Assembly (NCBI RefSeq): GCF_006345805.1
Contig: NC_043026.1
Location: 10,664,001 to 10,728,000, forward strand
From: Octopus sinensis
Lineage: Eukaryota
Reading direction: 5' to 3'
Length of the DNA: 64,000 bases
The notes below the pieces were generated by a model. The model did not search any database. It was not told the origin of the DNA and saw only the letters and a list, made by a program, of their open reading frames with translations. Positions 1-12,459 of the stretch are shown in pieces (the first letter of the stretch is position 1; each line of letters opens with the position of its first letter). The translations under genes were made by a program, and so were the position numbers.

Positions 1-189
1 ATCTCATATCGAGAAGACTTGCAGCATTTTATTGAGAAAAATGAGCGCCAATTAAGTTTGTGTAAAGTGATTTTTATTTCGATGAACTGTTTCATGAAAC
101 TGCAAAATGGAAGAAAGTATCTCGAATACCAACAGAGATTAGTTTGTGTGAATATGTATATACATAAATATGTATATATACATATATGT

Positions 190-495
190 ATAAATCTAAG
201 TACGTACGTATGTATGTATGTATTCGCTTATATCTCTATATCTATGCGTATATACACACACAATACGCAGAGATACATACAGACACACACACGTATTTAT
301 GTATATATGTATGTATGTATGTATGTATGCATGCATGTATGTGTATGTATGTGTGTGTATGTATGTATGCATGTATGTATGTGTGTATGTATGTATGTAT
401 GTATGTGTGTGTATGTATGTATGTATGTATGCATGCATGCATGTATGTGTGTGTGTATGTATGCATGCATGTACGTGTGTGTATGTATGTATGTA

Positions 496-526
<31 letters not shown>

Positions 527-560
527 ATGTATGTATGTATGTATGTACGTACTTATGTAC
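190..560. repeat. Compound (ATGT)n/(GT)n microsatellite
   Basis: Direct reading; explains the MYVC/HTYI ORFs in all frames. Confidence 0.95.
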
Positions 561-889
561 GTAGACAGACAGACGGACTGACACAGACTTTCGGAATGAT
601 AGGCTCTCATAAAGTTGGAATATCTCAGTAATGCTCGAGATTTTTCACACATTTTATTTTAGAAAAAAATAATGATGAGAAAACTTAAAAACAATTTATT
701 TTGTTTTTAAAGCTAAGCTTTTTAAACATTTACCCAGGTCACATTGTTGTCCATTTGGAACAGCAACCTTCAATAAATTGACATTTTTCTTCTTTTACTT
801 AATTTTTATTTATTTTCAATGTTATTATCATATTACTAAATATGTCTGGAAAATTTATTTCTTCAAAATTTCATTAATATTATATAAAA

Positions 890-1392
890 CTAGCAGTATC
901 GCCCGGCGTTGCTCGGGTTTGTAAGGGAAATAACTATATAAGCATTTTTAGAGAGTTACTTCCTTTATAGATGCCAATTCGGGCTTTCTTAGCCATTTCT
1001 GTTTTGGTGTCTTCAAGCCATGAAGTCGTTGTTCTAAAAGAACGCTGGTCTCCTTGACAACGCTTTACGACGTTGATTTCCTTACACTCCCTTCCCCCAC
1101 AGCTTCACGAGGGAGGGAAGAAGGGGGAGAAGAAAACAGGTGCAGGTGTGACCATGGACGCCAACTCCGCCGCCATCGACACACGAAAAATTATGCATTA
1201 AAATGGAATAAAAAAGGATGTTAAATTATTTTTAAAATCGTAGACGCGCGCTAATACCCAGACGGGCTCGATATGAATCACGACTATAAGATACCCGAAT
1301 TTGGTTAAACTGCACCGCAAAATGTGGGAGTAGTAAGGAATCTAAATCGAAGGGGACAGACACTCACACAACTACAGTTTTATACATATAGA
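890..1392 (-). mobile_element. Non-autonomous Helitron
   Basis: Minus strand begins A|TCTATATGTATA (1393-1381) and ends with a CCCG..CGGG hairpin (902-917) followed by CTAG|T (893-889), the canonical Helitron termini. Confidence 0.7.
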
Positions 1393-1504
1393 TTTCAATA
1401 AGTTATGGGGAAAATATTCAGTGTGACATGAAATGGTAGATATAGCGTTTCTCTGTCTGTCTCCCTCTCATTCTCATGCATACATACACACACACACACA
1501 CACA

Positions 1505-1861
1505 TACTCTTTTACTTGTTTCAGTCATTTGACTGCGGCCATGCTGGAGCACCGCCTATAGTCGAGCAAATCTACCCCAGGACTTATTCTATCGGTCCCT
1601 TTTGCCGAACTGCTAAGTTACGGGGATGTAAACATACCACTATCGGTTGTCAAGCAATGTTGGGGGGACAAACACAGGCACACAAACATACATATATACG
1701 ACGGGCTTCTTTCAGTTTCCGTCTACCAAATCCACTCACAAGGCTTTGGTCGGCCCGAGGCTATAGTAGAAGACACTTGCCCAAGGTGCCACGGAGTGGG
1801 ACTGAACCCGGGACCATGTGGTTGGTAAGCAAGCTACTTACCACACAGCCACTCCTACGCC
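1505..1861 (-). mobile_element. tRNA-derived SINE, family A
   Basis: Head GGCG(C/T)AGGAGTGGCTGTGTGG..GGTTCAGTCCC (box A/B-like), CORE-like CCTTGGGCAAGTGTCTTCT, internal microsatellite, GTAAAAGA tail; more than 12 copies in the window. Confidence 0.9.
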
Positions 1862-1885
1862 TATATATACATATATATCCATATA

Positions 1886-2258
1886 GGATTTTTTCGGTTT
1901 GAACGGCAGTTTTTTCTAGTGGTGTCATATGAAATTGTCACCCATAATTATGACCCTAGTATCGATCTATTGCATTTCAATCTGTTTTAGGGTTAGGGGG
2001 AAGGGTATATTTTTTTCTTCACAAATGTAAATAAACCCACTTAAATGAGGGACATATTCATACGGCACAGAATGTTTTTTTTACCTCAATAGACGTCAGT
2101 GATTGGTTGAAATTGCAGAAAAACAAAAATCAGAATTTTCTCAATAAAACCAGTAGAAAAAGATGTTTTATAAACACATTCTACCAGTATACGAAGTTTA
2201 AAATTTTTTAGTTAACAAGAAATTATGCTAAAAACTGCTGTTCAAACCAAAAAGATCC
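1886..2258. mobile_element. TA-flanked MITE with ~29-bp TIRs
   Basis: GGATTTTTTCGGTTTGAACGGCAGTTTT and AAAACTGCTGTTCAAACCAAAAAGATCC, each flanked by TA; partial copies at 5731-6340 and 22545-22990. Confidence 0.8.
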
Positions 2259-2351
2259 TATATATATAATAATAATAATATTAGGGAGTATAGCTCCAAA
2301 CTTACTGGAAAAATTCAATTTAGTATTAAATCAAATTTGACAGTATAAATA

Positions 2352-2492
2352 TATAAAATATGAATTAGAGATAAAACCACCATTATGCAATTCAAACAGT
2401 GATAGACATAAACCAATACATAAATAACAAATAATATAACTATAATTATATAGTTGCATAATAGTGGTTTTATCTCTAATTCATATTTTATA
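2352..2492. repeat. 39-bp inverted repeat with 63-bp spacer, inside a dispersed repeat
   Basis: 2352-2390 is the near-perfect reverse complement of 2454-2492; the adjacent 2590-2730 resembles 47985-48120. Confidence 0.75.
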
Positions 2493-2994
2493 TATATATA
2501 TATAGAAGTTCAGCAAAATTTAGATTCAGATGAATATGGTACTTAAGTTAAAGGCACCAGAATTTGGTATGGTATTATCCATATAAATCAAATGGGGTGA
2601 TTATAATCAAAATAAGCAACAAGGATATCCAAGGTAGTGTAGTACAATTGTTTCATGCTACTTCATTTTATTAAACAATGCAAGTATTACATCAGTTTTA
2701 AAACACAATCTTCAGCCACATATACAATTTTTTTAATTGAATGGACAATGTACATTTTTGTACTTATTCCATTTGCCAACATTACTAAGAGGGTATAAAT
2801 ATATATATAGACAGAGGTTAATTTTATGATTAAGAACATGGTAGCAGAAGGTCCTTCTCCATCTGTTGATTTTTTATCACTGATTTCACTTTGTTATTTA
2901 GATTTATCAATGGGGAGGGGGTTCCTTTATTTGGTTCAATGGAGACAAACATGAATATTAAAAAGAAAAAGAAGTTTACAAAAGAAGCCATGCA

Positions 2995-3250
2995 AATTAG
3001 CCTTTTCCTTTCTCCCCTGTATGAATACATTTGTATACAGTTAATTTACTATTTTCACTGAATGATTTATCAGTGAAATGGCTTTACCTTTGTAAGAATA
3101 CGTTTGTGTGAAGTCAAGGCACGATAGTCAGACAATGATTTAGCTGACATCACTTTGGTATGGTTTCTCTCGCATGTGAATACACTTGTGTCTAGTTAAG
3201 CTCCTATTTACAGAGAATGATGTAAAAGATTTACCACAGATATCATAATG
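2995..3250 (-). pseudogene. Decayed zinc-finger repeats downstream of the ZNF-A stop
   Basis: After TAG the frame reads [36 protein letters not shown], followed by frameshifted finger remnants (..[17 protein letters not shown]-like). Confidence 0.85.
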
Positions 3251-5173
3251 CTATGCTCTCTCCCCTGTATGAATACGTTTGTGTATAATTAGTTTACCAC
3301 TTTCATTGAATGATTTGCCACAGATATCACAGTGATAAGGCTTCTCGCCTGTATGAATACGTTTATGTACAATTAAGTGACTACTGTTAGAGAATGATTT
3401 ACCACAGATATCACAATGATATGGTCGCTCTCCTGTATGAACACGTTTGTGTGTAGTTAAACTGCCATTTTCAGTGAATGATTTGCCACAGATTTCACAG
3501 TGAAATGGCTTTTCACCTGTGTGAATACGCTTATGTTTAGTTAAAGTATTACTCTTATTGAAGGATTTACCACAGATATCACAATGATATGGTCTCTCAC
3601 CTGTATGAATACGTCTGTGTACAGTTAAAGAACTGCTGATAGTGAATGATTTGTCACAGATATCACACTGATATGGCCTCTCTCCTGAATGAAGACGTTT
3701 GTGTGAAGTTAAAGCACTCTTGACAGTGAATGATTTGTCACAGATATCACACTGATATGGTTTCTCTCCTGTATGAATACGTCTGTGTTTCATTAAAGCA
3801 CTATTTTCAAAGAATGATTTACCACAGATATCACAATGATATCGCTTCTCTCCTGTATGAATATGTTTGTGTGCAGTTAAGGTACTATTGTAAGAGAATG
3901 ATTTACCACAAATATCACAATGATATGGTCTCTCTCCTGAATGAACACGTTTATGATAAGTCAAAGCACTATTTTGAGAGAATGATTTACCACAGATATC
4001 ACAATGGTATGGCTTCTCTCCTGTATGAATACGTCTGTGTTTGGTTAAAGCACTATTTTCAGAGAATGATTTACCACAGACATCACAATCATATGGTTTC
4101 TCTCCGGTATGACTATGTTTGTGTGCAGTTAAGTTACTATTGTAAGAGAATGATTTACCACAGATATCACAATGATATGGGCTCTCTCCAGAATGAAGAC
4201 GTTTGTGATAAGTCAAAGCGCTACCAATAGTAAATGATTTACCACAGATATCACAATGATATGGTCTCTCTCCTGTATGAATACGTTTATGATAAGTTAA
4301 AGAACTACCAACAATGAATGATTTACCACAGATATCACAATGATATGGTCTCTCTCCTGTATGAATGCGTTTGTGTGTAGTTATCTCACTACTGTTAGTG
4401 AATAGTTTACCACAAATATCACAATGATATGGTTTCTCCCCTGTATGAATACGTATGTGTGTGGTTAAGTGACTATTTCGAGAGAATGATTTACCACAAA
4501 TATCACAATGATATGGCTTCTCCCCTGTATGAATACGTTTGTGTGTAGTTACCTTATCACTCTTCGAGAATGATTTGCCACAAATGTCACATTGATATGG
4601 TCTTTCTCCAGTATGAATACGTTTATGTGTACTTAAGTGACTACTGTAAGAGAATGATTTACCACAGATAGCACAGTGATATGGTCTTTCTCCTGTGTGA
4701 GTATATTTGTGAGAAATTAAGTTACTACTGCGAGAGAATGATTTACCACAGATATCACAATGATGTGGTCTCTCCCCTGTATGAACACGTTTGTGCAAAA
4801 TTAAATAACTATTTCGAGAGAATGATTTACCACAGACATCACAATTATATGGCTTCTCTTCTGAATGAATATGTTTATGTAAAGTTAATTTTTGAAATTC
4901 GACGAATGATTTACCACAGATGTCACACTGATATGATTTTTCTCCTGTATGAATATGTTTGTGTTCATTTAAGTGGCTATTTCGAGAGAATGATTTACCA
5001 CAGATATCACACTGATATGGTTTCTCTCCTGTATGAATACGTTTGTGTCTAGTTAAGTTGCCATTTTGAGAGAATGATTTACCACAGACATCACAGTCAT
5101 ATGACAACTTTTGTTTCTCTTTTATCTTGTCTTCATGGGAAATCAATTCTTTAAGCTTCTTACTCTTTTCCAT
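3251..5173 (-). CDS. C2H2 zinc-finger protein ZNF-A, 640 aa, 22 tandem fingers
   Basis: 24-aa leader plus 22 x 28-aa CxxC-x12-HxxxH units with TGE(K/R)PY linkers; single coding exon. Confidence 0.95.
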   Translation of the reverse strand: MEKSKKLKELISHEDKIKEKQKLSYDCDVCGKSFSQNGNLTRHKRIHTGEKPYQCDICGKSFSRNSHLNEHKHIHTGEKSYQCDICGKSFVEFQKLTLHKHIHSEEKPYNCDVCGKSFSRNSYLILHKRVHTGERPHHCDICGKSFSRSSNLISHKYTHTGERPYHCAICGKSFSYSSHLSTHKRIHTGERPYQCDICGKSFSKSDKVTTHKRIHTGEKPYHCDICGKSFSRNSHLTTHIRIHTGEKPYHCDICGKLFTNSSEITTHKRIHTGERPYHCDICGKSFIVGSSLTYHKRIHTGERPYHCDICGKSFTIGSALTYHKRLHSGESPYHCDICGKSFSYNSNLTAHKHSHTGEKPYDCDVCGKSFSENSALTKHRRIHTGEKPYHCDICGKSFSQNSALTYHKRVHSGERPYHCDICGKSFSYNSTLTAHKHIHTGEKRYHCDICGKSFFENSALMKHRRIHTGEKPYQCDICDKSFTVKSALTSHKRLHSGERPYQCDICDKSFTISSSLTVHRRIHTGERPYHCDICGKSFNKSNTLTKHKRIHTGEKPFHCEICGKSFTENGSLTTHKRVHTGERPYHCDICGKSFSNSSHLIVHKRIHTGEKPYHCDICGKSFNESGKLIIHKRIHTGERA

Positions 5174-5472
5174 TATTATTTTTCTCAGTTCACAATATAA
5201 GTATCCTTTCCTTGTATTTCTCCTTGTTTAATCTTAGAAATACTACCACTTCTGTATTTCTGTCCACTGTTTCCTTTCTCTAGCAACACTTACATGGATG
5301 TATTCAAATGTTTACTCAGTATACAAACTCATCTCAGTAATCTAATCAGTAAAATGCAAATCATATTTATAGAAAGAGTTGTATATCTGCTTTGTATATC
5401 ATTTTCTTTGTGTTTCAAAAGATGATAAATATTGAGAATGCATCATCTGTTATGCCAATGTCATCTGATATT

Positions 5473-5584
5473 CTGAAAAAATAAAGAAACAACAGTTTAA
5501 GATATAGTGGCTGCTTTCAAAACACAGATTCAACAGTGCAAAATTTAAAACATTTTTATAGAGATAAACCTTACAAACATTTAC
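5473..5584 (-). other. Predicted short 5'UTR intron of ZNF-A (paralogues 16421-16539, 21995-22108, 31366-31471)
   Basis: GTAAAT donor and pyrimidine-rich TTTCAG acceptor at homologous positions in all four paralogues; no transcript evidence. Confidence 0.65.
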
Positions 5585-5730
5585 CTGAACAACTGAACTT
5601 TTCCATGTATTAAAATTTACATCTAAGAATCTTGTGTGTAGCTTACATATTTGTAAACCACAGCTACACTTTCACATCGTATAATATTATGTGACACCGC
5701 CAGAAAATGTTTCCGGCAGAAATTGTATTC

Positions 5731-6340
5731 ACCTCAGTAGACGTCATTGATTGGTTGAAATTGCTGAAATGCAAGAAATTAAACAACAAATAGGTTACAA
5801 ACTACAGAATTTTCTCAAGAAAGCCAAGAGAAAAAGACGTTTTATGTAACACACTACCAGTAGGCGCAGGAGTGGCTGTGTGGTAAGTAGCTTGCTAACC
5901 AACCACATGGTTCCGGTTTCAGTCTCACTGCATGGCATCTTGGGCAAGTGTCTTCTGCTATAGCCCCGGGCCGACCAATGCCTTGTGAGTGGACTTGGTA
6001 GACGGAAACTGAAAGAAACCTGTCGTATATATGAATATATATGTATGTATGTGTGTGCGTGTTTGTCCCCCTAGCATTGCTTGACAACAAATGTTGGTGT
6101 GTTTACGTCCCCGTTACTTAGCGGTTCAGCAAAAGAGACCGATAGAATAAGTACTGGGCTTACAAAGAATAAGTCCCGGGGTCGATTTGCTCGACTAAAA
6201 GCGGTGCTCCAGCATGGCCGCACTCAAATGACTGAAACGAGTAAAAAGAGTAAAGAAAAAAAGAGAGTATACGAAGTTTAAAAGTGTTTAGTTACAAAGA
6301 AATTATCTTAAAAATCTGCCGGTCAAAGTGAAAAGATCCT
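5731..6340. mobile_element. Truncated copy of the 1886-2258 MITE interrupted by a family A SINE (5863-6265, +)
   Basis: CTACCAGTA|SINE|AGTATACGAAG versus the empty site CTACCAGTATACGAAG at ~2182. Confidence 0.8.
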
Positions 6341-6354
6341 GATATTTTTTATTA

Positions 6355-6495
6355 TAAGGTTGTCCCAAAAGTTCGTAGAAAGTCTTGGAAAATAATGGTC
6401 TTTATTTTGAGGAATAATTTTTGTTGTTCTTGTTAGTACTTGGCGAGTAAAAATTCAATTTTCGCAAGTGTTTACGAACTTTTGGGACAACCTAA
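6355..6495. mobile_element. mariner-derived MITE
   Basis: TIRs AGGTTGTCCCAAAAGTTCGTA / TACGAACTTTTGGGACAACCT with TA on both sides. Confidence 0.85.
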
Positions 6496-6983
6496 TATTA
6501 TTCGCTGTTAATATTCTTGTGAAATTACGACCCAAAAATCATTCTATCTCCCAAAACTGAAATCATATTATTTTATGTTTTTACAATTTTATTCCGTACT
6601 TTTTTTTTCTCCTACGATGTAGGGACCTCTCTCTACCTTATAATTTTCAATTTTCAAGAAAGGATGGACGGAGGGAGGGTGGCTGTGTGGTAAGTAGGCT
6701 TGCCCCAGGGCTAATTTGAAATCTATTATCAGATTACCAAGGGATAACTTTACACTGATATCTCTCATAAGTGTCATGTCATTAAAAAAAAAATATTCAT
6801 TTAATTCTTTCCAGAAAGTAAATTATGGAATAGATCTTAAAAGTAATTAAATTTTCAAAATAATTGTAATCTACATTATTAAAATCTATGAGGAAACAAA
6901 GCTGAAGTGTGTAATTTATTTATACACTTACTTATGTTGTATTTTTCACAACAAATTGCCAAATAATTGTTACCAACATCATA

Positions 6984-7397
6984 TACTCTTACTCTTTACT
7001 TTTTTACTTGTTTTAGTCATTTGACTGCGGCCATGCTGGAGCACCGCATTTAGTCGAGCAAATCGACCCCGGGACTTATTCTTTGTAAGCCCAGTACTTA
7101 TTCTATCGGTCTCTTTTGCCGAACCGCTAAGTGACGGGGACGTAAACACACCAGCGTCGGATGTCAAGCAATGCTAAGAGGACAAACACAGACACACAAA
7201 CATACACGCACATAAATATATATATACATATATACGACAGGCTTCTTTCAGTTTCCGTCTACCAAATCCACTCACAAGGCATTGGTCGGCCCGGGGCTAT
7301 AGCAGAAGACACTTGCCCAAGATGCCACGCAGTGGGACTGAACCCAGAACCATGTGGTTGGTTAGCAAGCTACTTACCACACAGCCACTCCTACGCC
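6984..7397 (-). mobile_element. SINE family A, full length
   Basis: Same consensus as 1505-1861. Confidence 0.9.
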
Positions 7398-7636
7398 TGA
7401 AACGTTTTTGTCGCAAATTTCATTAGAAAATATCAAATTTTCAAAAAGTTATGGGGAAACGAATTGCTAGTTGGGTGGGCGCACATCGGTAGTCACACTA
7501 ACAGACATTTCATAAATTATAATGAAGTATTGGTTTCTGAACATTTCAGTGGTTGGAGTGTATTTCAGAATATTTCTCAAACTAAAACACACATCAAGCT
7601 AACGCGCCAACGATGGAGAGTATAGAAGGGAGCTTC

Positions 7637-9242
7637 CATGGCCAGAAATAGCAGCCAAATCTCGCACAAACCATAAACATCTCTCATCCACAACTAGAAA
7701 TAGCAGCCAAATCTCGCACAAACCATAAACATCTCTCATCCACAACTAGAAATAGCAACCAAATCTCGCACAAACCATAAACATATCTCATCCACAACTA
7801 GAAATAGCAGCCAAATCTCACACAAACCATAAACATCTCTCATCCACAACTAGAAATAGCAGCCAAATCTCGCACAAACCATAAACATCTCTCATCCACA
7901 ACTAGAAATAGCAGCCAAATCTCGCACAAACCATTAACATCTCTCATCCACAACTAGAAATAGCAGTCAAATCTCGCACAAACCATAAACATCTCTCATC
8001 CACAACTAGAAATAGCAGCCAAATCTCGCGCAAACCATAAACATCTCTCATCCACAACTAGAAATAGCAGCCAAATCTCGCGCAAACCATAAACATCTCT
8101 CATCCACAACTAGAAATAGCAGCCAAATCTCGCACAAACCATAAACATCTCTCATCCACAACTAGAAATAGCAGCCAAATCTCGCACAAACCATAAACAT
8201 CTCTCATCCACAACTAGAAATAGCAGTCAAATCTCGCACAAACCATAAACATCTCTCATCCACAACTAGAAATAGCAGCCAAATCTCGCACAAACCATAA
8301 ACATCTCTCATCCACAACTAGAAATAGCAGCCAAATCTCGCACAAACCATAAACATCTCTCATCCACAACTAGAAATAGCAGCCAAATCTCGCACAAACC
8401 ATAAACATCTCTCATCCACAACTAGAAATAGCAGCCAAATCTCGCACAAACCATAAACATCTCTCATCCACAACTAGAAATAGCAGCCAAATCTCGCACA
8501 AACCATAAACATCTCTCATCCACAACTAGAAATAGCAGCCAAATCTCGCACAAACCATAAACATCTCTCATCCACAACTAGAAATAGCAGCCAAATCTCG
8601 CACAAACAATAAACATCTCTCATCCACAACTAGAAATAGCAGCCAAATCTCGCACAAACCATAAACATCTCTCATCCACAACTAGAAATAGCAGCCAAAT
8701 CTCACACAAACAATAAACATCTCTCATCCACAACTAGAAATAGCAGTCAAATCTCGCACAAACCATTAACATCTCTCATCCACAACTAGAAATAGCAGCC
8801 AAATCTCGCACAAACCATAAACATCTCTCATCCACAACTAGAAATAGCAGCCAAATCTCACACAAACAATAAACATCTCTCATCCACAACTAGAAATAGC
8901 AGTCAAATCTCGCACAAACCATAAACATCTCTCATCCACAACTAGAAATAGCAGCCAAATCTCGCACAAACCATTAACTTCTCTCATCCACAACTAGAAA
9001 TAGCAGCCAAATCTCGCACAAACCATTAACTTCTCTCATCCACAACTAGAAATAGCAGCCAAATCTTGCACAAACCATAAACATCTCTCATCCACAACTA
9101 GAAATAGCAGCCAAATCTCGCACAAACCATAAACATCTCACATCCACAACTAGAAATAGCAGCCAAATCTCGCACAAACCATTAACATCTCTCATCCACA
9201 ACTAGAAATAACAGCCAAATCTCACATAGACATCTCTCATCC
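7637..9242. repeat. Tandem array of a 52-bp monomer, ~31 copies (intron 1 of ZNF-A)
   Basis: Consensus CCACAACTAGAAATAGCAGCCAAATCTCGCACAAACCATAAACATCTCTCAT; no unique spacers. Confidence 0.97.
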
Positions 9243-9441
9243 ATGGCAAGAAATGTTAGGGTTAGGGTTACTTTTTAGGGACCTCTGTATTTAAGTAGTA
9301 CCGAAATAGCAACCAAATCCTGCATAAATTATAGACATCTTCATTCATGAAAGATAGAAGCGAAACAAAGAATCGACGCGCCGAAAGTCGAACGTCCACA
9401 GAATTAAAAGCCACTGAATATCTTCAAAGCTTAATACTTAC

Positions 9442-9595
9442 GAAAATGTTCTTTATAAAGCAGAGTTGTTAGAAGCGTGAGTGTGGTGGTCGAGAAATAT
9501 ATTACAAATGTGCTTTATAAGTAATATAAATGTGTTGAACGGAGATGAAGAGAATTTCCAGCAACGACGGAAACGGAAGTAGGATAGTACATAAT
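9442..9595 (-). promoter_or_regulatory. Putative non-coding exon 1 and promoter of ZNF-A
   Basis: GTAAGT donor at 9441; ETS-like ACGGAAGT at ~9573-9580; collinear similarity to 26107-26240 and 33334-33460. Confidence 0.6.
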
Positions 9596-9605
9596 GGAAG
9601 CACTC

Positions 9606-9947
9606 CGTCGGTTACGACGACGAGGGTTCCGGTTGATCCGAATCAACGGAACAGCCTGCTCGTGAAATTAACGTGTAAGTGGCTGAGCACTCCACAGACA
9701 CGTGTACCCTTAACGTAGTTCTCGGGGATATTCAGCGTGACACAGAGAGTGACAAGGCCGGCCCTTTGAAATACAGGTACAACAGAAACAGGAAGTAAGA
9801 GTGAGAGAGAGTTGTGGTGAAAGAGTACAGCAGGGATCACCACCATCCCCTGCCGGAGCCTCGTGGAGCTTTAGGTGTTTTCGCTCAATAAACACTCACA
9901 ACGCCCGGTCTGGGAATCGAAACCGCGAATCCGCTGCCCTAACCACA
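9606..9947 (-). mobile_element. SINE family D (5'-rearranged copy)
   Basis: 3' ~180 bp is the reverse complement of 55930-56100; remnant of a tRNA-like head at the right end. Confidence 0.8.
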
Positions 9948-10123
9948 TATTTCTATCACCTGATGCTGATTACCTCCCTTTACAAGTATTATATTGCAGA
10001 AGATGGTTTCGTGTGTGTGTAATACAATGATAATCCTTTTTTTACTATAGGCACAAGGCCTTAGATTTTGGGAGAGGTAACCAGTCGTTTACATCGATCC
10101 CCAGTACGCAACTGGTACTTTAG

Positions 10124-10898
10124 AAGGCGGCGAGCTGGCAGAAACGTTAGTATGCCGGGCGAAATGCTTAGCAGTGTTTCGTCTGCCGTTACGTTGTGAG
10201 TTCAAATTCTGCCGAGGTCGACTTTGCCTTTCATCCTTTCGGGGTCGATAAATTAAGTACTAGTTACGCACTGGGGTCGATATAATCGACTTAATACCTA
10301 TGTCTGTCCTCTCTATTTTTAGCCCCTTGTGGGTAGTAAAGAAATAGGTATTTCGTCTGCCGTTATGGTATGAGTTCAAATTCCGCCGAGGTCGACTTTG
10401 CCTTTCATTCTTTCGGTGTCGATAAATTAAGTACCAGTTACGCACTGGGGTCGATATAACCGACTTAATACCTATGTCTGTCCTTGTTTGTCCTCTCTAT
10501 TTTTAGCCCCTTGTGGGTAGTAAAGAAATAGGTATTTCGTCTGCCGTTATGGTATGAGTTCAAATTCCGCCGAGGTCGACTTTGCCTTTCATTCTTTCGG
10601 TGTCGATAAATTAAGTACCAGTTACGCACTGGGGTCGATATAACCGACTTAATACCTATGTCTGTCCTTGTTTGTCCTCTCTATGTTTAGCCCCTTGTGG
10701 GCAGTAAAGAAATAGGTATTTCGTCTGCCGTTACGGTATGAGTTCAAATTCCGCCGAGGTCGACTTTGCCTTTCATTCTTTCGGGGTCGATAAATTAAGT
10801 GCCAGTTACGCACTGGGGTCGATATAATCGACTTAATACTTATGTCTGTCCTTGTTTGTCCCCTCTATGTTTAGCCCCTTGTGGGTAATAAAGAAATA
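10124..10898 (+). mobile_element. SINE family B tetramer (head-bearing unit plus three 184-bp headless units) nested in an older antisense SINE
   Basis: Units start at 10347, 10531 and 10715; 10-bp direct repeat GGTACTTTAG at 10114-10123 and 10899-10908. Confidence 0.9.
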
Positions 10899-11086
10899 GG
10901 TACTTTAGTTGATCGACCCCGAAAGGATGAAAGGCAAAATAGACACCGGCGAAACTTGAACTCAGAACGTAGCGATGGACAAACTGTCGCTAAAAAAAAC
11001 AAGTGTGTGTGTAGTTGCGAGGGATTTGCGTGTGAACAAGACTAATGAAATAGAAAAAAGAAAAAAAAAAGAGATCAACAATATCA

Positions 11087-11478
11087 GGCGCAGGAGTGGC
11101 TGTGTGGTAAGTAGCTTGCTAACCAACCACATGGTTCCGGGTTCAGTCCCACTGCGTGGCATCTTGGGCAAGTGTCTTCTGCTGTAGCCACGGGCCGACC
11201 AATGCCTTGTGAGTGGATTTGGTAGACGGAAACTGAAAGAAGCCCGTCGTATATATGTATATATATATATATGTGTGTGCGTGTATGTTTGTCCCCCTAG
11301 CATTGCTTGACAACCGATGCTGGTGTGTTTACGTCCCCGTTACTTAGCGGTTCGGCAAAAGAGACCGATAGAATAAGTACTGGGCTTACAAAAGAATAAG
11401 TCCCGGGGTCGAGTTGCTCGATTATAGGCGGTGCTCCAGCATGGCCGCAGTCAAATGACTGAAACAAGTAAAAGAGTA
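11087..11478 (+). mobile_element. SINE family A, full length
   Basis: Consensus match. Confidence 0.9.
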
Positions 11479-11479
11479 A

Positions 11480-11960
11480 TATGAAATCCTCAATGGGGAG
11501 GAGACATCGAGGGCTGCTCATGGAAAAACCCCGTAAAAACCATGAGTGCCCTGATTTTTTGGGGCAGGCGCATTTTTTCGTTTCCTTTCCTCTTTCCAAC
11601 TGCACGCGTTCACTCGTACCATTCTCGCCACTTTCATCCACTTTTCGGCAAACTAACTAGAAGACAACACTTCCCTCTCTATTCCTATTTTCCTTTTCAT
11701 CAGGGATTGGCCAAAGAGAAAAGTGTTTGTCTTCAAATCCCTTCATTCTCGTCCACCACACAACTTCTTTTGCCATGGCCACCAGGCATATAAAAACAGC
11801 CTTTCCTTCCTGGCTCAAAACCACTAAAATTAGTGGTGACACGATCAGGTAGCGAAAGTGCTACATTGGAAACTGTGTGAAAAGTGGGGCTAGAGAGAGG
11901 CAAGATGTGGTATAAGCACAAACCGCAAAGAGTGGAGTTGGAGAGTAGCAAAATAAGAAA
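11480..11960 (-). mobile_element. Decayed 3' end of an L1/Tx1-like LINE ORF2
   Basis: Translates as ..AVFICLVAMAKEVVWWTRMKG..KRKIGIEREVLSSS*FAEKW.., resembling Tx1/L1 C-termini from memory of the family. Confidence 0.5.
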
Positions 11961-12459
11961 CATAATAAAGTAGTGTTACATTAACAGTAAACAAACCAAC
12001 CAGAGAACATATGCTATATAAGAAAACTGGTAGTCCGCTATTAGAAAACTATTTGGAAATAGATAAATATATTTAACTTTTTAAGTAGGGATATATAATG
12101 ATAAAACCGTCACTTATAACTTATTTATAAGCGTTATCATTATACGTAAATCCTGACTCCAGCTACATAAACGCCATAGCGAGAAATATACTTTCTGGAA
12201 TGCTAATGGACATTAATCGTGCATGTATGTTAAATATGAATAATTTTGTGTTCTTTTAACCGCTATAAAAAAAATACAGTTTCATAATTACAGAAATACA
12301 TTTCATTAATAAGTTGAAGAAAGAGAAAATAATTTTTACATTATTTTATTATATACATATAGCATTTTTAATATTTATATACAATTTGAAGTAAATAATT
12401 TTGTCGTAGAGAATTACGACTTAATATTTTAGCTAATTCTTCATTCTAGCTATAATAGA

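Noticed and set aside
19-652. MYVC/HTYI-rich ORFs (also 32272-33104 and 47602-49111)
   Set aside because: Translations of microsatellites.
1985-2000. Interstitial telomere (TTAGGG runs; also 9255 and 22890)
   Set aside because: Only 2-3 units, embedded in MITE or hairpin elements.
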